Assembly (NCBI GenBank): GCA_951406725.2
Contig: OX597816.1
Coordinates: 130,882,001-130,946,000 of the forward strand
Reading direction: 5' to 3'
Source of the DNA: Octopus vulgaris
Taxonomy: Eukaryota
Length of the DNA stretch: 64,000 nt
Position numbers and translations under genes: made by a program. How positions within the stretch are numbered: the first letter of the stretch is position 1; every line of letters starts with the position of its first letter. Below are positions 27,601 to 41,585 of this stretch, piece by piece. The notes beneath the pieces are model-generated. The model saw only the letters and a list, made by a program, of their open reading frames with translations. It was not told where the DNA came from and did no database searches.

Positions 27601-27821
27601 GGCGGCGAGCTGACAGAAACATTAGCACGCAGGGCGAAATGCGTAGTCGTATTTCGTCTGCCGTTACGTTCTGAGTTCAAATTCCACCGAGGTCGACTTT
27701 GCCTTTCATCCTTTCAGGGTCGATAAATTAAGTACCAGTTACGTCGATGTAAACGACTTAATCCGTTTGTCTGTCCTTGTTTGTCCCCTCTGTGTTTAGC
27801 CCCTTGTGGGTAGTAAAGAAA
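27601..27821 (+). mobile_element. SINE family B, full length
   Basis: ggcggcgagctgacagaa head, gagttcaaattcc B box, core gtcgactttgcctttcatcctttc..gtcgataaa (Meta/MESC-domain-like from memory), tail ...gtgggtagtaaagaaat. Confidence 0.85.
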
Positions 27822-27823
27822 TT

Positions 27824-27855
<32 letters not shown>

Positions 27856-28133
27856 CGTGTGTGTGTGTGTGTGAATTTGAATGATCTCCATTATTTCCTT
27901 TATGCGTTCCAGTCCTATAGCTTTGGCCATGTTGGGGCATTCATTATTTAAATCAGAAAACATTTAAATATTTTCATTGCATAATTAAACACATTGCTAC
28001 AAACATGCATGGACACTTTATAAATGAATTTTATATAATGTATACTGAATAAAGCAGGCACTTTTATGCCAATACAATCTTCGTTGTAAGTTCGCCCCTG
28101 GCCTAGCATATTTGATGCTATAGGTACTATATA

Positions 28134-28364
28134 TATTTCTTTACTACCCACAAGGGGCTAAACACAGAGGGGACAAACAAGGACAGACAAACGGATTAAG
28201 TCGATTACATCGACCCAGTGCGTAACTGGTACTTAATTTATCGACCCCGAAAGGATGAAAGGCAAAGTCGACCTCGACGGAATTTGAACTCAGAACGTAA
28301 CGGCAGACGAAATACGGCTACGCATTTCGCCCGGCGTGCTAACGTTTCTGCCAGCTCGCCGCCT
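28134..28364 (-). mobile_element. SINE family B, full length with 15-bp TSD
   Basis: TSD tataggtactatata at 28119-28133 and 28365-28379. Confidence 0.9.
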
Positions 28365-28552
28365 TATAGGTACTATATAATAAATGTATTAGTCAATTGG
28401 TACTTAATGCCGTTTTTATTGTCGAATAGAACCGACTTAATACATTTTGGTATTCTATCGGCTATGATCGACTAATTTTCAATTATCAATGTCCTTTTCA
28501 TCATCATCTCTTTTACTGGTTTTTTTTTACGTTACCCATAAGGAATGTGTGC

Positions 28553-28608
<56 letters not shown>

Positions 28609-28718
28609 ATGCGGAGAGGAGCCTTTGTGTGCAAGCTATTAAGCAAGCGTTAACATTAGAATTCCGGGAATTATATGTACGTATGTATGTTTACATATAT
28701 ACAAAATAAAAAAAAACG

Positions 28719-28794
<76 letters not shown>

Positions 28795-28906
28795 GCAGAC
28801 AGACAGACAGAGATAGATAGGTAGATATACATATATATATTTGTATACATACATACATATATATATATATGTATATATAGATATATATACATGTATATAT
28901 ATATAC

Positions 28907-28957
<51 letters not shown>

Positions 28958-30050
28958 TATCTCTATACGTATACATATATACAGTTACATACATATATAT
29001 ACGTATATATATGCATATATATACTCGTGCGCACACGCACATACACACTTACACACACACACTTTCGTAGCTAGACACATTTATGTTTATATAAATACCT
29101 TAGATTGGCATTAGCAAAATAAATAATGCAACATGTGGTTATTCATGCACACATACATACACACCTAAATACACACACGCACATATACCTACACACACAC
29201 CTACATATGCATACACAGATACATGCTTTGACATAAAGTAAGTGGGAGAGAGAGGGGGAGAGATTCTCTTTATGTCAAATTGAAAAAGTCGTCACAAAAA
29301 GTGTTTTTTTTATCTATACACTAACAATAATTAATCCGCACACACACACACACGCGATCATACACACACACGCATACAGACATACACTCAATGACAATAC
29401 AGGCAGACAGACAAGATGGGGAGAGGGAAATAAATGTAATAAGTATAATAAATATACAATATACACGCCCTTTCTTGAATTGAGTTTTTATTTTGCACGC
29501 GATTTATATGTTTATATATTTACCTGTATGCATGTATAGAAACATAGGTATACAGTGAAAACCGAAAACAGCATAACAATCAAACACACACACACACACA
29601 CACACTCACACACACACACACACGCACGCACACACCACGCACACTCAACCACGCAACACACACACACGCACGCATGTATTAACGTTCACACGCAAGATGT
29701 CTGCACTGTGTTCACTAGGTTTTTGCGTTCATTTTATGTCACTCTTATTCGTTCTGAAGTTCGTCACGTTGCATGGTAACAACAAGAACGAGAACAATAA
29801 CAATAAATACAAAATAAGTCTGACAGTCTAACAGAAGCAAACTCAGCAGCAACAACAAATACAGTTACAAGAAATATAACAAAAACAACAACAAAAACAT
29901 CTACACAAACAAAACATGCATACGCAGCAACAAACACTAAGAATAACAAGAATGGAATCAAGGTTAGGTGCAGTCGTTACTAAGAAGAAAACACCAACAA
30001 CATCATTAGAGAAAAAATACCAGCATGAGAAACAGCTACAATAATAATAA

Positions 30051-30861
30051 TCCTTTCTACTGTAGGCACAAGACCTGAAATTTTGGGGTAGTGAATAAGT
30101 CGATCACATCGACCCCAGTACCTGACTGGTACTTAATTTATCGATCCCGAAAGGATGAAAGGCGAAGTCGAGTTCGGTTGAATTTGAATTCAGAACGTAC
30201 CAACGGCCAAAATGCCGCTAAGCATTTTGCCCGGCGTGCTAACGATCCTGCCAGCTCGCCGCTTTAGATACTATTATAATAATGGTTTCAAATTTTGCCA
30301 CAAGGGAAGCCTTTTCGGGGGAGGGGGATCGATTACATCAACTCCAGTATTTCACTGGTGCTTATTTTATCGGCCCGAAAGGATAAAAAGCAAAGTCGAC
30401 CTCGGCGGAACTTGAACTCAGAACGTAGCAACGGCTGAAATACCTATTTCTTTACTACCCACAAGGGGCTAAACACAAAGAGGACAAACAAGGACAGACA
30501 AACGGATTAAGTCGATTATATCGACCCCAGTGTGTAGCTGGTATTTATTTAATCGACTCCGAAAGGATGAAAGGCAAAGTCGACCTCGGCGGAACTTGAA
30601 CTCAGAACGTAGCGACGGGTGAAATACCAATTTCTTTACTACCCACAAGGGGCTAAACACAGAGAGGACAAACAAGGACAGACAAACGGGTTAAGTCGAT
30701 TATATCGACTCCAGTGCGTAACTGGTACTTATTTAATCGACCCCGAAAGGATGAAAGGCAAAGTCGACCTCGGCGGAATTTGAACTCAGAACGTAGCGGC
30801 AGACGAAATAATACTAAGCATTTCGCCCGGCGTGCTAACGTTTCTGCCAGCTCGCCGCCTT
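30051..30861 (-). mobile_element. Tandem cluster of four SINE family B units
   Basis: Units at about 30051-30262, 30282-30441, 30444-30628 and 30629-30861. Flanked by the direct repeat agctacaataataataa. Confidence 0.9.
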
Positions 30862-30964
30862 AGCTACAATAATAATAACAGTTGGCACTTCATCCGTCTT
30901 TACGTTCTGCGTTCAAATTCCGCCGAAGTCGACTTGCCTTTGAAACCAATAATAATGATAGTGC

Positions 30965-31163
30965 ACAAATTTTGACACAAAGCCAGCAAGTTCGAGGGAG
31001 AGACTAAGTCAATTACATCGACCCCACTACTCAATTGTTACTTATTTTAGGATGAGAAGCAAAGTCGACTTCGGCGGAATTTGAACTCAGAACGTAAAGA
31101 CAGACGAGATAGCGCGAAACATTTTGTCTGGCGTACTACCGATTCCGGTAACCCACCGCCTTA
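30965..31163 (-). mobile_element. SINE family B, diverged
   Basis: gcaaagtcgacttcggcggaatttgaactcagaacgta core. Confidence 0.75.
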
Positions 31164-31714
31164 ACAGTAATAATATCTTAGCTATGCTCTGTCCAACCTA
31201 GAGTTCTATATAGAAGTTTGTCCCCACGTTGGAACATCGATGACTTTTTCTTTCTTTCCTTTTCAACCTCCCTCTCTCCCCCGCCTCTCTCACTCGACCT
31301 GCTGTGCTGCTGTGAGCATTCACGATGCTATGATGGGTATTTAATGGACCAAAAATGTGTCTGTTTCTATTATTTCTAACTCTGAAATATCGCTGCCTCT
31401 GATTCAAAAACTTGAGATGTTTATAGATAGATTTCTATATACTTGCTAATTTTTTTAAATCTTAGCTACGATGTGATGTTTCATAGATATATTCCTATAG
31501 TTTTGCTAAAACTTTGAAATGCTCTTCATAGATTTCTATATCTTAGCTATGCTCTGTCCATCTTGTCGCCGCTCCTCTGCAGCTGTAAAGATCCACCCAG
31601 TTTCTGCATTTTTTCTTTTTTTTTAATCATGTTCGTAATTTTATGAATTTCACCAACTCCTTTGTTGCACTTGGAAACAACACTTATTGTAATGCTTCTC
31701 TGATTACATCAAAT

Positions 31715-31862
31715 TCAGTGTTTCACTGGTACTTAATTTAACGACTCCGAAAGGATGAAAGGCAAAGTCGACCACAGCAGAATTTGAACTCAGAACATAG
31801 AGACGGCTGATATACCGCTAAGCATTTCGTCCAGCGTGCTAACGATTCTGCGATCCCCCGCC

Positions 31863-31864
<2 letters not shown>
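31715..31864 (-). mobile_element. SINE family B next to (TAA)n (31864-31932)
   Basis: Core and head match the other copies. Confidence 0.75.
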
Positions 31865-31933
<69 letters not shown>

Positions 31934-32925
31934 TAGCAGAAACACTCATCATTGACTGGTTTGAAAAAAGCTGCCAAAATTGTACTATGGATATTGAAAG
32001 TTATTCACTTAGATTGTGTTGAACATATATAATAAATGGCTGTTAACATATTTATTGAACTTAAGTATTACAACAAACAAAAATACAAATAGCTTTTCTT
32101 GGACGAATAGACTGATGGCTCGAAGATATAAATATAAAACGAATAAAAACAATATAATGCTGTTAAAGTGCACACACAAATTTAGTAAGAATATATAGTA
32201 ACAACCTATCTCTGTGAGTAGCATACTTTACTTCTTACACATAAAATAATGAAAGATACAATTGTAGATCAAACATCCTAAAACATAAAAAATAGACCAT
32301 GAATGAGTTTCCATATTTAGTTTTTCCAAAACTTTCATTTAGTTTTTTGAGTCTATGAAGTTTAATTCTATTCTGATGCCTTATTAATGCTCACATATAC
32401 GATTTCCACTTGTTTATTTATTTTTTCTTCTAAAATTTTCGTTGCTCCTTGCAACGTCTTCAGTAATTGTTGACTGTGTCCGTTATTGGAGCTGTTTCTT
32501 TTTGTTTGCTTGTTTGTTTGTTTGTGCGCATGCGTGTGCGTCAAGGTGCATATGTATACACATATGTAAGTATGTATGTATATATTGTATGTAAGAGTGT
32601 ATGCATATATGTATGCGTACTGTATGTATGTATGCATGCATTCTGCATATTCATGTGTTTGTGTGTGCATGTTTGTGTGTTTGTATGTATGCTGTCTCCC
32701 TTAGACCGGGCACTTTTTAATGGAGCTTGCACTCTGTGCAACATTTTGGAAAAGGGCCCGTAGCTCCCTGAGCGGGGGGCACCTAGAGACTCGTGACTAC
32801 TTCCATTGTCTTCCTCGGAATATTTTATACAAGAAGTAACTTTTAATTTTATGTAGATGCTATAGCCTTTCTTCCTATAAATCGACAAGCAGACACACAC
32901 ACAGACATTCATCTTTAGTGTTTGG

Positions 32926-33017
<92 letters not shown>

Positions 33018-34462
33018 GATGATGATGATCATGATCATGATGATAATAATAAGAATAACAAGGACAAGAATAACAACAACAACAATGGCATTATCAACGA
33101 AATGGTAAAACATACGTTTTCAAATTAGATGTAACAAACCGTTATTATAATAAACAAACGTTATAGGTTTCTAAGCATAAGAAAATAACGTGTTTTGGAA
33201 ATGAAAATGCTAAACAAAATAATTATCTTTAAATTTCTTAATGATTTAACAAAATACATTTAAACTGTTTCGACATTTAATTCTACCATAGTCTTTGCTC
33301 TTAAAATTTATTTTCTTTTGTTCCCATCCCTTGAAAACGTTTGTATGTATTCAACACAGATTAAGTAGTTATAGTATATTGTGTACTTTTGACCCTTATG
33401 CTGTTTTTGTGGGTTTTTTTCTGTTTTTTAGATGACACAGAGCCAGACTTGTTGGGTATAAAAGTTTTAACATTTTACATTTTAAAAGTAAATCCCATGT
33501 TTAAAAAGTTAAATGAAAATGTCGAGGAGCAAAATATTTATTTCAAAATAGTTATTTTTACAAATGAATAATAACTATCAAATTTTCAAAACTGCTGATG
33601 TTTTGATACTGATTCACTATACAGAAACAAATGTTATTGAAGTCATTTCGAGCTTGAAATGATAGCTCGTGCTTTTCAACACCTATTGCCTTAAGCGAGA
33701 AAGGTCCTCCACTGAAAATTAGCAGTGGATACTGCGTTTGTACAGATCAAATATGTCCCAGACATATTTGAACTGATCTAAATGTTTGTTTATCCGCAAC
33801 ACTACTTCCGCGCGCCCACTACAATATTGATATTATTGTTACCTCTGTATCAAAATAGTGGATCATTAATTCAAGCTGATTGGGAAAATTCATATAATTT
33901 CTAGAATCAGCACACCGAATATACCTAAAAATAGGCCTAATGTCTAAGGTATAAAATGTAAGATGCAACCGGGGTTTCTAATTTTAGCGAGCGAGTGGAT
34001 ACACAAGAGTGTAAATGTATGCTATATATCCAAACCAAGAAGTAGCAGGAGGAAGCTGCTAGCATATTTGAGATCAGTACCCCAAATACACCTATGAATA
34101 TGGTTAATTTTCAGCTCAGCAAAATTTTCTTTGTGATTTTACTGTCCAATGTTGTCTACTAGCTTATATTTGATTGTGCTCCAATACACTCATGAAAATT
34201 GGTGTTAAGTAACCTCATATTAACAAACATCATGTAAAAAGAAACGTCCGCCACTTCTATGATGTTCTTCATTTCTCTGAAGAACTTCCTCTATATCAAA
34301 TTTTAGCCTTCTTTTGCCTCTCGGGTTTCATGCTACATTTTACCTAATCGGTCTTCTCCCGATTTATGCGCTTTCGGAATTTCTCATCATGCTTTTCATA
34401 ACCATTAAATTGAAACAAACATAATAAACACTAACTGTACAACAATATTTCAGTCATCGTAA

Positions 34463-34670
34463 GACGGCGAGTTGGCAGAATCGTTAGCTCGCCTGGCCGC
34501 TTAGCGGCATTTCCTCCGTTTCACGTTCTGAGTTCAAATTCCGTCGAGGTTGACTTTGCCTTTCTTCATTTCGGGGTCGATAAAGCAAGTACCAGTTGTT
34601 ACTGGGGTAGAAGCAATCGACTTACCCTTTCTCCCGATATCGATGGCCTTGTGCAAAAATTTGAAATCAA
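34463..34670 (+). mobile_element. SINE family B
   Basis: gacggcgagttggcagaatcgttag...aaaatttgaaatc. Confidence 0.8.
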
Positions 34671-35387
34671 TAGTTCAGTTATCGTTGTCGTCGAACAAAA
34701 ACAGTATTAAATGTATTAAATGTAAATGGCCGCTTTTCTCTAATCACATATCTTCTCTCTAAAAGCACAAAAATATATCTCGTAAACTTTTTCAAATCAA
34801 AGAATCTAGAGGTTCTATCCCATATGATTTCAGACCAATTTCTATCATATAACTTGCAATATAATTACATACTTCGTCACTAATGCTAACAACTGATTTT
34901 ACCTTTCCCATTGTATTCAAAATAGTTTCTTACGGTAATAACCCTCCACACACCATTTGTATTCTATTTCTGTCTGACTACAGCCACGTCAGCTAAAACA
35001 GTGCATATAAAATTCACCAACCTGTCTGAATATTCACATTTTGTTTACATTCTTCGATGAGAACGGTTTAACGTTACCGAATCTGTCTTTAGCATTTTGG
35101 ATGCAATACAAGAATATTAGCTTTACTTCAGATTTGTTGCTGATTCAGTTCAAATTTGGTTACTGTTTTTATGTTTTCTATATATACTCTGGAATATACC
35201 TCGCAATTTTTATTCTCAAGTCTATTTCCCCGACCTCTGCTATATATTTCTCTTTACATTATTAAAATTCTCTCACTTTCTTCATTTCTCAATATCTACA
35301 CAAATGCTCACATTCGCATACAACGCATATCGTTTTAAGCTAAAAGCTTAAAACATTGGATTGCGGCAACATATATGCTTGTGTATT

Positions 35388-35443
<56 letters not shown>

Positions 35444-35694
35444 GCAAGTTTACAGATGGCTTTAGCAGTAACTATTTGGTCTAATGACTAACAATAGTGA
35501 TACGTTCGTTATTCCATTCCATAATTTTATACGTAAGGCATCTGTAGGAAGCTGTCGGAATTGGTTTCAATTAACCAACTTTAACAAACATTGTATTTTA
35601 CGGTAGTTAGTTCTCTATTTTTCTTCGGTTGCTACTCATACTGTGTTTGTGATATATATATATATATATACATACATAAAATCATCTATACATT

Positions 35695-35759
<65 letters not shown>

Positions 35760-35991
35760 GCATACATACTTACATATAAGAGACCAAAGTGTACGTACAC
35801 CGCTATATGTTTTATTTATAAAAAATACAAAATGGGACAAGAACGCAAAATATCCAGACAGCTAGGTGATACAAAAAAAGAGACAACAAAACATACAGAT
35901 AGACGATACAAAGAAAACAAGGACGGGTCATTCGGAGTTTTCTTTCCTCAGTCGAGTTCCAGATTATTTTTGCAATTTCGGCTGGTTATAC

Positions 35992-36462
<471 letters not shown>

Positions 36463-36465
<3 letters not shown>

Positions 36466-36850
36466 AGTGGCTGTGTGGTAAGTAGCTTGCTTACCAACCA
36501 CATAGTTCCGGGTTCAGTCCCACTGCGTGGAACCTTGGGCAAGTGTTTTCTACTATAGCCTCGGGCCGACCAAAGCCTTGTGAGTGGATTTGGTAGACGG
36601 AAACTGAAAGAAGCCTGTCGTATATATGTATATATATATATACGTATGTGATTGTGTGTCTGTGTTTGTCCCTCCAACATTGCTTGACAACCGATGCTGG
36701 TATGTTTACGTTCCCGTAACTTAGCATTCGGCAAAAGAGACCGATAGAATAAGTACTAGGCTTACAAAGAATAAGTCGTGGTGTCGATTTGTTCGACTAA
36801 AGGCGGTGCTCCAGCATGGCCGCAGTCAAATGACTGAAACGTAAAAAAAA
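36463..36850 (+). mobile_element. SINE family A, full length
   Basis: aggagtggctgtgtggtaag...ggttcagtccc...accttgggcaagtg...(TA)n...gactgaaac. Confidence 0.9.
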
Positions 36851-36982
36851 AAGGAGTAAAATATATATATATATATATATATTAAATTACGAATTAAGAG
36901 CTGCTTTAATAATGTAGTCATTATCGGTTACACATACATAGTGTATGCGTGCGTTTGATTATACTCTCATTTACTGTTTTAG

Positions 36983-37079
36983 AGCGTCCAAAGAAAACTC
37001 CCTACACGGCGCCGAGTGTTAAAGAACACAAAATGTCTCAGGCCATTCGAGAACAACTCGTCATGAATGCCCGAGATTG
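36983..37079 (+). CDS. Candidate coding exon 5 (RPKKTPYTAPSVKEHKMSQAIREQLVMNARD)
   Basis: Acceptor ctctcatttactgttttag and consensus donor g|gtaagt. A 97-bp GC-richer island with exactly one open frame (phase 1 to phase 2). Confidence 0.7.
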
Positions 37080-37355
37080 GTAAGTACCGAATCAGAAGCA
37101 GTCCTAGTAATGTAAACATTATCGGTCACGATTCATCATTAATGACAAGACAAAGGAATTTACATCAAGGTTGCATGACACTTACCAAAGTTTGATAAGA
37201 TTCATGCGCAAAAAGTTCGGCCCTCAAGTTACTTTGTAATATCTGCTGATTAAAATTGATTAAAATGAATAAAACATGAATACCATTCACTGCGTTCTAT
37301 TTATTCTCTTTGATCTACCGAGCCCCCGTCTCTCTCTCTTTCTATCTCCCTCTCT

Positions 37356-37413
<58 letters not shown>

Positions 37414-37426
37414 ATATATATATATA

Positions 37427-37939
37427 TCTATATATATAAAACTGTAGTTGTGTGAGTGTCTGTCCCCTTCGAATTAGATTCCTAACTTCTCCCACATTTT
37501 GCGGTGCAGTTTAACCAAATTCGGGTATCTTATAGTCGTGATTCATATCGAGCCCGTCTGAGTATTAGCGCGCGTCTACGATGAGTCTACGATTTTAAAA
37601 ATAATTTAACATAATTTTTTATTCCATTTTAATGCATAATTTTTCGTGTGTCGATGGCGGCGGAGTTGGCGTCCATGGTCACACCTGCACCTGTTTGCTT
37701 CTCCCCCTTCTTCACTCCCTCATGAAGCTGTGGGGAAGGGAGTGTAAGGAAATCAACGTCGTAAAGCGTTGTCAAGGAGACCAGCGTTCTTTTAGAACAA
37801 CGACTTCATGGCTTGAAGACACCAAAACAGAAATGGCTAAGAAAGCCCGAATTGGCATCTATAAGGGAAGTAACTCTCTAAAAATGCTTATATAGTTATT
37901 TCCCTTACAAACCCGAGCAACGCCGGGCGATACTGCTAG
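37427..37939 (+). mobile_element. Non-autonomous Helitron
   Basis: A|TCtatatatataaa 5' end, subterminal hairpin cccgagcaacgccggg, CTAG|T 3' end, no TSD. Confidence 0.85.
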
Positions 37940-37971
<32 letters not shown>

Positions 37972-39013
37972 TGGTGATCTAAACGAATAGGTACGCTGAG
38001 TAAGTGCTATAATTGTTCATCCGTTAGGTTCCAAGTTCACAGCTGAGGCTGGAGCTAGGGATCCGTATTAGGCTTCATACACACGTAAACATACTCATAT
38101 ACACAGTGATAATAGAATGCTCAAGCAACTTCTTTATATGAATGTATGTGTCAAGTGCCGGAATTCGATACATGCTTCCCGGAACGGATAAATATACAAC
38201 AATCTTTGAAGGAAAAACTACATCTCTTCCGTGCTCGCTACACCAATTTCTCTTCTATCAAAAGAATTCCAATTAAATTTTTCTAAAACTTACACCCCTG
38301 CATTTTTGTTTACTACTTTTATCTCCTATAGCAACAAACTTCTAACATCCAACAGTTTTAAATCAATATTAACTCCGTCAACTTTCCATCGCTTTCTTAA
38401 ACTGTTATTTTTGGGGGAGTGGAAAAACTATTATAGATATGAAGAAACCGTCCTTTATGAAGTAACCAAACACGGGAAACATTTTTAGCCCTCGAAACAT
38501 ACACAAATAATACAAGGAAGACTTTTAACCAAAACAAGTTATGTCTTCATCAACTATTTCAATTCATTGTATCTATCAGGTAATATTCAATTCGGTTTTC
38601 TGTAATTTGATGTATATAGGATAAAGGTAAGAAAGGCAGTGGCTCTATATGGAAGGTTTGAGAAAGACATGGTTTTCACAAGACGAAGAAAGTCAATTGC
38701 ACCATGCGGGTCAACAGAAAGATAATATGCAACAAATCTCTTTGCTTCCAGGCAACTGCAACTTCTGTGCTCATGGATAGTGACTGTGATGCATCTCCTC
38801 TATGGAGTTAAATCCAGTACAGGCCAGTAAACAAGAAATATTATTCATTATATATAACTTGCTCCCAAACTATCTGAGCAAAAATATCGACTCCCTTTGT
38901 AATATGAAATATTAATTGTCTATTCTGTCTGTTTGTCTGTCTATCTGTCTGTTTCTCTCTCTCTCCCCTCCTCTCTCTCTCCCTATGTATATATACTAGA
39001 TCTATATGTACCT

Positions 39014-39183
39014 AGGCGCAGGCGTGGCTATGTGGTAAGAGGCTTGCTTCCCAACCACATGCTTCCGGGTTCAGTATCATTATGTGACACCTTGGGCAAG
39101 TGTTTTATGTTATAACTTCCGGCTAACCAAAGTCTTGTTAGTGGATTTGGTAAACGGAAACTAAATTAAGCCTGTCGTTATAT

Positions 39184-39235
<52 letters not shown>

Positions 39236-39445
39236 CATACATACATACATATGTGTATGTGTGCGTGTGCGTCTTTTTCCCCCTACCACCGTTGGTGTGT
39301 TAACGTCTCCGTAACCTCGATGTTCGGCAAAACAAAATGATAGAATAAGTGTTAGGCTTTAAAAAAGTCCTAGGATCGATTTATTCGACTAAAACCCTTC
39401 AAGGCGATGCCCCAGCATGGCTGCAGTCTAATGACTGGAGCAAGT
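39014..39445 (+). mobile_element. SINE family A, full length, diverged
   Basis: aggcgcaggcgtggctatgtggtaag head, internal (TA)n, 3' ccagcatggctgcagtc. Confidence 0.85.
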
Positions 39446-40335
39446 AAAAAATAAAAAATACATATATACATGTAACATTTATATATCGAATTTCTATTTG
39501 AATCTGGAGAAAGAAACATATCTTAATTTTCTGTTTAGTGTTCAACTAGTTTCCATTGGCATATTTAAATCAAATACATAAACGCATGTATATAAATTCG
39601 TTTTTTGTATCTGGTTTGCAAGAAGCTTTATGCGAATTTGTGTGTTGAAACAAATTTTTTTTTTGTGTCTGGGGAGAATCATACTGTCTTAATATCTAAA
39701 ACACTCACCGGTTCAATTTCCATTCATTTATTATTTATATTTTCTCCTTTCCAAAATCTTCGTTGATTTTCAACCTTTTCAATGGATGTTAACTCTGTTA
39801 TTGGAGCTGCGTTCCTTTTTGTAAAATTCACGCTAAACATTTCAGTTAAAGTGTACTGTACTATGTGGAGGGTGGGGACAAAACGGTGAATTATATAAAT
39901 AAATACAAAACAAATGATTAAGCATACTGATCGGTAAGGAAAAAAAAAGGACATAGTTTATTCGACCAACAATGGTGGCCATTAATCTTTCAGCAGAGCG
40001 TATACTCAGAGTATAGCCAGGAAATTGTAACATTAATTGTAGCAACGTAGACCTAATTCTTACTGTAACATAGCTGGCATTAAGTGTATTCCTGTAAATT
40101 TATCTGAGTCTCGAAGAGGCATAGTAAGTACGTTAACTATAATACATTCTTTTACAGCAATTATGGCTTCCTATCGACGGTATGGAATATCATGTGCCAA
40201 TTAATAAGAATAGATTCTTTCCGTTGATAACTGCAATGTTTTCACGCCACATTTCTTCAATGTATGTTGAATGTATGTTGAAAAATACTTACATATATAC
40301 ATACATGCATACATATACACATATATATGTATCTG

Positions 40336-40420
<85 letters not shown>

Positions 40421-40487
40421 CGTGTGTGTTTGTATGTGTATCTTGCTTATATACGCATATATATATATATATATATACGTATGTATG

Positions 40488-40519
<32 letters not shown>

Positions 40520-40829
40520 TGTATGTATGTATGTATGAATGCATGTATATACATAAGAATATTTATATTCTTTTATGCTTCTGCTGGCTTTAGTCACTGG
40601 ACTGTGGGGTCATGCCGGGGCACATTATCAAAAGTTATATGTTTGTATAGTATGTGTGCATGTGTGTGTGTATGTATGTGTATATGTGAGAGAGAGACTG
40701 CGTGCGCGTGTGTGATGGTAAAATTATCTGATATTTGAAAGAGTGTAATAATATTACTTTTCGCAAATGAGGGAATAAAGGTAATGAAAAACAATTGTAG
40801 ACCTATATCATTAACTTTCATGTGATTAT

Positions 40830-41180
40830 AATATGTGCAACGAATAAAAAAATAACTGACTATGTTCCTTGAGGAAAAAAGATTCTGAGTTTCTTCCCAG
40901 AGACAACTACTACAGCCCCTTGACTTGACGCTAAAGCAGTTACTAAACCAATCAAATTCTGGTGTTTGTCCTTTGACTTTGCAAAGGCGATTGACAAATT
41001 TCTAATCTCGAGGTTGAGTTTTATATGCCACAAGGTTCGTGACGTCGTTGTTGTTGGAAAACTATGAGAATGGATGTGTGGCTTCTTAGAAGTTGTTACA
41101 GCCAGTAATGTCCACTTTAAAGAATCAACTATTCAGAGTGGGATACCACAGGGAAATGTCAAATTTAGTTCGAACACCCT
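40830..41180 (+). pseudogene. CR1/Jockey-group reverse transcriptase remnant
   Basis: DFAKAIDK (compare LDFAKAFDKV), HKVRD...GKL*EW, and SGIPQG motifs in the expected order, with stops and frameshifts. Confidence 0.7.
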
Positions 41181-41192
41181 ATGTATATCAAA

Positions 41193-41497
<305 letters not shown>

Positions 41498-41585
41498 TTT
41501 TCTTTTATATCTACTTCTATATCAATAAACCTTTTTATATATCCTTAAACTTTTATACTTTTAAACTTTTATCCTTAAACTTTTA

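Noticed and set aside
31174-31561. 23-bp direct repeat atatcttagctatgctctgtcca bracketing about 340 bp
   Set aside because: It could be a TSD or a local duplication, but the interior has no element features.
36463-36535. tRNA genes at SINE heads
   Set aside because: A/B boxes are present but continue into SINE bodies, with no complete cloverleaf.
38620-38830. Possible RTE LINE 3' remnant or exon
   Set aside because: Too degenerate to assign either way.
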